NCBI GenBank assembly: GCA_951406725.2
Contig: OX597837.1
Span: 3,658,001 to 3,722,000 of the forward strand
From: Octopus vulgaris
Lineage: Eukaryota
Reading direction: 5' to 3'
Length of the DNA: 64,000 bases
Part shown: piece after piece, positions 56,461 through 64,000 of the stretch
How the letters are laid out: every line of letters starts with the position of its first letter
Numbering within the stretch: the first letter of the stretch is position 1
Notes under the pieces: generated by a model
What the model was told of the DNA's origin: nothing
What the model saw: the letters and a program-made list of their open reading frames with translations, nothing else
Databases searched by the model: none
Program-made: the position numbers and the translations under genes

Positions 56461-56768
56461 TAATGGCCCAGTGGTTAAGGCAGCGACACGTGGTCAGAGG
56501 ATCGCGGTTTCGATTCCCATATCGGGCGTTGTGTGTGTTTATTGAGCGAAAACATCTAAAAACTCCACGAGGCTCTGGCAGGTGGTGGTGGGGACCCCTG
56601 ATGTACTCTTTCGCCCCAGCTTTTACTCACGTTTTCTTCCTGTTTCTTGAGTAACGCTGCGATGGACTGGCGTCCGTCCAGCTGGTGTGGAACACATATG
56701 CCATAGAAACCGGGAAACCGCGCCCATGAGCCTGGCTAGGCTTGAAAAGGGCGCATAAATAACAATAA
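56461..56768 (+). mobile_element. SINE family B variant
   Basis: Matches 49588-49897; flanking ACGGCACC repeat. Confidence 0.8.
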
Positions 56769-57070
56769 CGGCACCCTTTATGGCATCAATAAAATATTTC
56801 TCTCTGGAACTTGTGCCAAAGTTAAAAACAGGTAAATTGCCAGAATCACTACCGTATCGGACAAAACGCTTTGTAATATCTCGTCCGGCCCTTACGTGCT
56901 GAGTCCAAATTCCGGCTCTTGACGTTTTGAGTTCAAATTCGGCTTTCATGTTTTCGGAGTCTATAAAATACATATCAGTTGAGTACATTCCAACGATGAA
57001 GCCTTGCATCTTTGTTAGAAACCAGCTCCTTTCCCAAAAGAAAAATTCTAAGTAACAACAGAAGAGAACA

Positions 57071-57545
57071 TATTTGGTTGGCAATTAAGTTTTTTTTTAA
57101 TTTTGGAATTTATTGCTTTTTTAAATTTTGGAATCTATTTTGTTCGAGAATTCTATGTTTGAATCATTTTGGAATCTATTTTTTTTTCTAGTTAATTTTA
57201 GTTAACTTTTGTTTACTTTCAGATCATTAAAATAGAATGTCAAGCTAAGACATACGATCATTTTAGACACCTCCTTCTTTTTGCTTTTAATCAATGTTCC
57301 AAGGTCGCAAAAGCTGCTCGAGATATTTGTGCAGTGTTTGGAGAAGGTGCTATAATTGAAAGAACCGCTCGTGATTGGTATGCCAAGTTCAAAAATAATA
57401 ATTTTTGACTTCAAAGACGGATCTCGTTCTGGCCGTCCAGAACGAAAATTCTCATCAAACGACAAGGGAACTGACCGAGAAAATGGAATGCTCCCACAGT
57501 GCTATAGAGAAGCATCTTCACTCGACTGCAAGCAATGTCCCATTT
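57071..57545 (+). mobile_element. Mariner 5' fragment (TIR plus HTH domain)
   Basis: TA|TTTGGTTGGCAATTAAGT; 'HFRHLLLFAFNQ..AKAARDICAVFGEGAIIERTARDWYAKFKNNNFDFKDGSRSGRP'. Confidence 0.8.
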
Positions 57546-57820
57546 CTCTTCCTCTTCATAACATGTCATAAGTAATTGCGCGGTGAATCGCTGAGGCCCA
57601 CAACTATGACTTTCGTTTTTTTTTTAAAGCTTGTTGTTATTGAAGACGTTTTTGCTATTTCTGTTGGTGTTGTGAACCTTGTTTCCATATTGCTTTTTTG
57701 TTTTTGTTGAAGTTGATAAATACTGTTCGTACTGACGAACGTACGCACGCACGCACGCACACGCACATACAAACGAGCACATTTCTCTCTCTCATCCCCC
57801 ACAGACTCCTCCCCCATATG

Positions 57821-57879
<59 letters not shown>

Positions 57880-57944
57880 TAGCTGAAGGTGACCCGCTCT
57901 ACGCGCGGGTAAGAGTGTGGGTGTTACTTTCTGTTGCTTCCTTT

Positions 57945-58255
57945 CAGCACGTAAAAAGCACCATCCGAACGTGGCCGATTGCAGCACCGCCTTGACTTGC
58001 TTCTGTGCTGGTGGCACGTAAAAAGCACCAACCGATCGTTGGCACTGCGAGCCCCCTGGCACCAGTGCCGGCGGCACGAAAAAAGCACTCACTACACTCA
58101 CAGTGTGGTTGGCGTTAGGAAGGTCATCCACCTGTAGAAACACTGCCAGATCAGACTGGAGCCTGGTGCAGCCTCCTGGCATCCGAGACCCCGGTCACAC
58201 TGCCCAACCCGAGCTAGCACGGAAAACGGACGTTAAACGATGATGATGATGATGA
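57945..58255 (+). mobile_element. Retroposon 3' end with (GAT)n tail carried inside the Helitron (also 61240-61552)
   Basis: 'gttggcgttaggaagg.catccacctgt.gaaac..ggacgttaaacgatgatgat'. Confidence 0.7.
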
Positions 58256-59255
58256 TTCTCCGTATTTGTTTCTCTCTCCTTTCTCTCTCACTTTCCCACT
58301 CTCTTACTTTTCTTTTCTCTCTGACTCTCCCTCGCTTTCTCTTACTCTCTATCTTTATCTATCTCTCTCCCATTTATAAACAACAGAAGATCTTGAGTAA
58401 GTTGAGAAATAAAATATTTAGAAAGATCAATCAGAAATATGAGGCAGTGGCAATGGAAAGGTCTGCTTCAAGGCAGACAGCAAAACGCTAACATTCAAAA
58501 GGGACAGACGAACTTGCGAGCTGAATAAAAATAATAAAATATTGGAAACCAAAGTTTGAAGGGATAGAATCTGAGGATAGTAGAGTCACCATGGCTGGCA
58601 TTTGTTAACGACGGACAGCAACGTAGTGACAGTTTAACGGCTGGCGTAAAATTTTGAACTTGATGTAAAAGAAAATTCGTAAACACCAAGTTTTGAAGTG
58701 ATTCTTTCTCACGACAGTAGACTCACCATGGCAAGCATTCAAAACTTCTTTATCATGGACGGCAACACATTGACGATTAAAAGGCTGGCGCAAATTTTTT
58801 AGCTTGATGCAACAGAGAATTCCTAAACACCCGCTCTTTGAAATTTTAATCCCCTTCCAGCCCCATTTAGACCCCTTTTCACATTTTGGTTAATATAACC
58901 CGATTTCATTCGGGTGTACTGGGGCCACATTTTATAAGATGAGGAATTTTGTCCTAGAGGTGACGCCTTTCATTTGAGGAACAAAATAGTTGTGATGCAA
59001 ACTTGTCAGCACCTTTAACATAGGTGTGCATATTTTCAGGTGAATCGACCGACTACGTAATGCACACATATATATATATATACATATATATATATGTGTG
59101 TGTGTGTGTGTGCACGCATTATATATACAAATGTATACAAATGAGATATATATCTGTATAAATTAAATTAGAGATAAAACCACTAATAGGCAAATCAAAC
59201 AGTGAAAAACCAAAAACAAAAACATAAAAAAAGAAAATATAACATAGAAAATATA

Positions 59256-60373
59256 TCTATATATATAAAACTGTAGTTGTGTGAGTGTCTGTCCCCTTCG
59301 ATTTAGATTCCTAACTACTCCCAAATTTTGCAGTGCAGTTTAACCAAATTCGGGTATCTTATAGTCGTGATTCATATCGAACCCGTCTGGGTATTAGCGC
59401 GCGTCTACGATGAGTGTACGATTTTAAAAATAATTTAACATCATTTTTTATTCCATTTTAATGCATATTTTTTCGTGTGTCGATGGCGGCGGAGTTGGCG
59501 TCCACGCTCACGCCTGCACCTGTGTTGCTTCTCCCCCTTCTTCCCTCCCTCGTGAAGCTGTGGGGAAGGGAGTGTAAGGAAATCAACGTCGTAATGCGTT
59601 GTGAAGGAGACCAGCGTTCTTTTAGAACAACGACTTCATGGCTTGAAGTCGCCAAAACAGAATCGCTAAAAAAGCTGAAACAGATCCACAAAAACGGCAA
59701 AAACCGCCACACAGGGCAGGTTTCCTGTGCAAACAATTTGCACAACCGAATGTTTTAGTTGTTGCACAAATCTTTATATATAAAAGTAAGGTTGTGTGTC
59801 TGTCTCCTACGATTTAGATTCCTAACTACTCCCACATTTTGCGGTGCAGTGTAACCAAAACCGGGTATCTTATAGTCGTGATTCATATCGAGCCCTTCTG
59901 GGTATTAGCGCGCGTCTACGATGAGTCTACGATTTAAAAAAAATTTACCATCATTTTTTATTCCATTTTAATGCATTTTTCGCTATTATATAAGGGAAGT
60001 AACTCTCTAAAAATGTCTACGATGAGTCAACGATTAAAAAAAAAATTACCATCATTTTTTTATTCCATTTTAATACATTTTTCGCTATTATATAAGGGAA
60101 GTAACTCTCTAAAAATGTCTACGATGAGTCAACGATTAAAAAAAAAATTACCATCATTTTTTTATTCCATTTTAATGCATTTTTCGCTATTATATAAGGG
60201 AAGTAACTCTCTAAAAATGTCTACGATGAGTCAACGATTTAAAAAAGAAATTACTATCATTTTTTATTCCATCTTTAATGCATTTTTTGCTATTTTTTTT
60301 GCTATAACTCACTAAAAATGCTTATATAGTTATTTCCCTTACAAACCCGAGCAACGCCGGGCGATACTGCTAG
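59256..60373 (+). mobile_element. Second-family non-autonomous Helitron nested in unit 1
   Basis: A|TCTATATATATAAAA start; CCCGAGCAACGCCGGG hairpin followed by CTAG|T end; second 5' end at 59771; ~102-bp tandem at 59914-60290. Confidence 0.85.
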
Positions 60374-60736
60374 TAAAATATAAAATTGAAAACTTTAAAT
60401 TATTTAAATTGAAAATAAAAATTATGAAATTATATTTATAATTTGTTTAAAAATATATATAACTATGAAAAAGTATGAAAAAGTTTAATATACATAAATA
60501 CAGATATATACACTTTGTATATATACATTATATATACATATTTATATATAGAACACACACACACACATACATTATATATACATATTTATATATAGAACAC
60601 ACACACACACACACACATACATTATATATACATATTTATATATAGAACACACACACACACATACATTATATATACATATTTATATATAGAACACACACAC
60701 ACACACATACATTATATATACATATATATATATAGA

Positions 60737-60767
<31 letters not shown>

Positions 60768-61173
60768 AATGAACGCAAGAATATCTGATTCATAATATTT
60801 GTTCTCATGCTCGTGTGTTGATTGTTGGTGACAGACATATACTTAAAAGAACGTCGCCGAAGTGATAGGAAGGTAGGAAACAGAGTCAGTGAAAAAGAAA
60901 GGAAATAGCGATAGTGACAGATACTTTAAATAACCGTAGTGGACTTCTGAAAGTTATGAAGAGGAGTAAGAGAGGGAAAGGAGGAAATAGGGTGAGTGAG
61001 GAAGATGGCCCCTAGCAACCACACCTTTTAAGATAGGGATTTCTAAGGTAGCCCACGCGCATCGTCACCTCATTCTACATGTCCCTGTAAATTTTGGAGC
61101 GAATCGGACGGGATGTAGTGGCATTGAAAGCGATCCAAGCGGTAAAAACGCAATTCCGTTTTATATATAGAGA

Positions 61174-62685
61174 CTAGCTGAAGGTGACCCGCTCTACGCG
61201 CGGGTAAGAGTGTGGTTGTTACTTTCTGTTGCTTCCTTTCAGCACGTAAAAAGCACCATCTGAACGTGGCGGATTGCAGCGCCGCCTTGACTGGCTTCTG
61301 TGCTGGTGGCACGTAAAAAGCACCAACCGATCGTGGCCGCTGCCAGCCCCCTGGCACCTGTGCAGGCGGCACGAAAAAGCACCCACTACGCTCACAGAGT
61401 GGTTGGCGTTAGGAAGGGCATCCACCTGTCGAAACACTGCCAGATCAGACTGGAGCCTGGTGCAGCCTCCTGGCTTCCCAGACCCCTGTCAAACTGTCCA
61501 ACCCGTGCTAGCACGGAAAACGGACGTTAAACGATGATGATGATGATGATGATTCTCCCTCTTTGTTTCTTTCTCCTTTCTCTCTCACTTTCCCACTCTC
61601 TTACTCTTCCTTTCTCTCGGACTCTCCCTCGCTTTCTCTTACTCTCTATCTTTATGTATCTCTCTCCCATTTATAAACAACAAAAGATCTTGAGTAAGTT
61701 GAGAAATAAAATATTTAGAAAGATCAATCATAAATATCAGGCAGTTACAAAGGAAAGGTCTGCTTCAAGACAGACAGCAAAACACTAACATTTAAAAGGG
61801 ACAGACGAACTTGCGAGCTGAATAAAAATAATAAAATATTGGAAACCAAAGTTTGAAGGGATAGAATTTGAGGATAGTAGAGTCACCATGGCTGGCATTT
61901 CTTAACGACGGACAGCAACGTATTGACAGTTCAACGGCTGGCGTAAAATTTTGAACTTGATGTAAAAGAAAATCCCTAAAAACCAAGTTTTGACTTGATT
62001 CTTTCTCACGACAGTAGACTCACGATGGCAAGCATTCAAAACTTCTTCATCATGGACGGCAACACATTGACGATTAAAAGGCTGGCGCAAATTTTTTAGC
62101 TTGATGTAACAGAGAATTGCTAAACACCCGCTCCTTTAAATTTTAATCCCCTTCCAGCCCCATTTATACCCCTTTTCACCTTTTGGTTAATATAACCCGA
62201 TTTCATTTGGGTCTACTGGGGCCACATTTTATAAGATGAGGACTCAACCAAGTTTCCCAAGTTCTGGTCATAGACCATAGAACACTCAACCAAGTTTCCC
62301 GATTTCTGGTCATAGACCATAGAACAGTCAAGCAAGTTTCCCGAGTTCTGGTCATAGACCATAGAACACTCAACCAAGTTTCCCGAGTTCTGGTCATAGA
62401 CCATAGAACACTAAACCAAGTTTCCCGAGTTCTGGTCATTTGCAGAATAAATAGAGACGGCGGAGGTGGCAGACGTCGTTGCAATGTAAACATGATTTGT
62501 TATAAGAGAAAGATTGTCCAGATTGTGTGTTGGTGGTGTTGGTGGTGGCGATGATAATTATCATTAGGAAAAAGAATGAGTGAGTGAGGAAGACATACAT
62601 AAGTTGTGGCGATGATAATTGTAGACCCCTTTTCACATTTTGATGAAGAGAACCCGATTTGATTCTGGTGTACTGGGGCCACATA

Positions 62686-62717
<32 letters not shown>

Positions 62718-62822
62718 CACGCTGTAGAAATTAAATTAGAGATAAAACCACTAATAGGGAAATGAAATAGTAAAAAACCAAAAACAAAAACATAAAAATA
62801 GAAATATAATATTAGATATATG

Positions 62823-62853
<31 letters not shown>

Positions 62854-63266
62854 TGACAGGTAGACAATAGAATGCGATGGCGATGGGGATGGCTATGTAA
62901 TATTTGTTACTGTCCATGAACGCTGATAGATACATGAGTAAAATGTATAGGAAGGTAAGCGATAAGAGTGAGTGAAAATGTTCTTGGAAGAGAGTAAATA
63001 GCGACAGAGTGATTTGAGGAAGACTTTACATTAAATAACGGTAGTTGCATTGTCAAATGAAGACAGAGTACTGGAGAAAATAGGGTGAGGTAGGAAGATG
63101 GCCCCTAGCAACCACACCTTTTAAGATAGGGATTTCTAAGGTATCCCACGCGCATCGTCACCTCATTCTACATGTCCCTGTAAATTTTGGAGCGAATCGG
63201 ACGGGATGTAGTGGCATTGAAAGCGAACCAAGCGGTAAAAACGCAATTCAGTTTTATATATAGAGA
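61174..63266 (-). mobile_element. Non-autonomous Helitron, tandem unit 2
   Basis: A|TCTCTATATATAAAAC at 63266; same hairpin plus CTAG at 61174; 61174-62242 aligns to 57879-58945. Confidence 0.85.
62243..62438. repeat. 42-bp tandem repeat, ~4.7 copies
   Basis: Unit CCAAGTTTCCCGAGTTCTGGTCATAGACCATAGAACACTCAA. Confidence 0.95.
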
Positions 63267-63384
63267 TATATATACATACAAACATACATACATATGCATG
63301 CAAACATAAACGTATGTGTGGGTGTGAGACTGTGTATGCCTATATATATATACATAAATATATACATATATCTACATACATACA

Positions 63385-63452
<68 letters not shown>

Positions 63453-64000
63453 CGCACACAGACACACACCCACACAGACATGTATGTTAGCATGCATAAG
63501 TGTGTATATGAAAGAGAGAGACATGCGTATACATAGATACATACATACATACATAAATACATACATAGATACATACATAAATACATACATACATACATAC
63601 ATACATAAATACATACGTACATACATACATACATACATACATACATACATACGTGTATGTGTGTACGTATACACACACACATACACGCGGCTCACACATG
63701 TTTGCATTTTTGAGTGCGCTTGTGTGTCATCACACACAACGAAAGCCTCTGCTGACGAGAAGATATCGATGGTAAAAGCTTCGCTAATTAAACGCAACGT
63801 AGAACATGCTTACGTTCGGGCATAAAAAGAGAAGCAGGAGAAAGCCGAAAGAGACAGAGATAGAATGAGAGATATAGAGATAGAGATAGACAAAGTGAGA
63901 GAGGGAGTGGTGGAAGAGTATGGGAGCAGAGGATGAGGTTGCGAAACTGAGAGAACAAGAATGAGATAAAAACGAAAACGTGATTTAGGCCAATAACAAT

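Larger units (their letters stand above)
57879..61173 (-). mobile_element. Non-autonomous Helitron, tandem unit 1
   Basis: 5' TCTCTATATATAAAAC at 61173; 3' hairpin ACCCGC..GCGGGT followed by CTAG|T at 57879. Confidence 0.85.

Noticed and set aside
62243-62438. CRISPR-like regular repeats (also 21417-21541 and 20870-21172)
   Set aside because: No unique spacers, no cas genes, eukaryotic context.

Overview
AT-rich eukaryotic, non-coding (intergenic or intronic) DNA. It is saturated with (TA)n, (CA)n, (TATC)n and (TATG)n microsatellites and tRNA-derived SINEs. That repeat landscape resembles an Octopus/cephalopod genome (inference; no search was run). I can support no intact host protein-coding gene, and almost all listed ORFs are microsatellite translations. 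Recognisable mobile-element remnants are a decayed piggyBac (24.6-27.0 kb), Tc1/mariner fragments, a 5'-inverted RTE LINE, three Tx1/L1-like 3' ends sitting in (TATC)n tracts, a hAT MITE, a head-to-tail Helitron dimer with a second Helitron nested inside it (57.9-63.3 kb), and a U2 snRNA 5' fragment. The most striking signal is about 15 type-I hammerhead-ribozyme motifs from several unrelated sequence families, folded by eye. Nearly all have a palindromic helix III and lie in short non-coding elements embedded in TA-type microsatellites, often with partial tandem plus inverted-end (Penelope pLTR or retrozyme-like) architecture. The best case is a 505-bp tandem array with three canonical hammerheads at 41.0-42.5 kb, which could yield a 505-nt linear or circular RNA. 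Several near-perfect fold-back palindromes accompany these elements.
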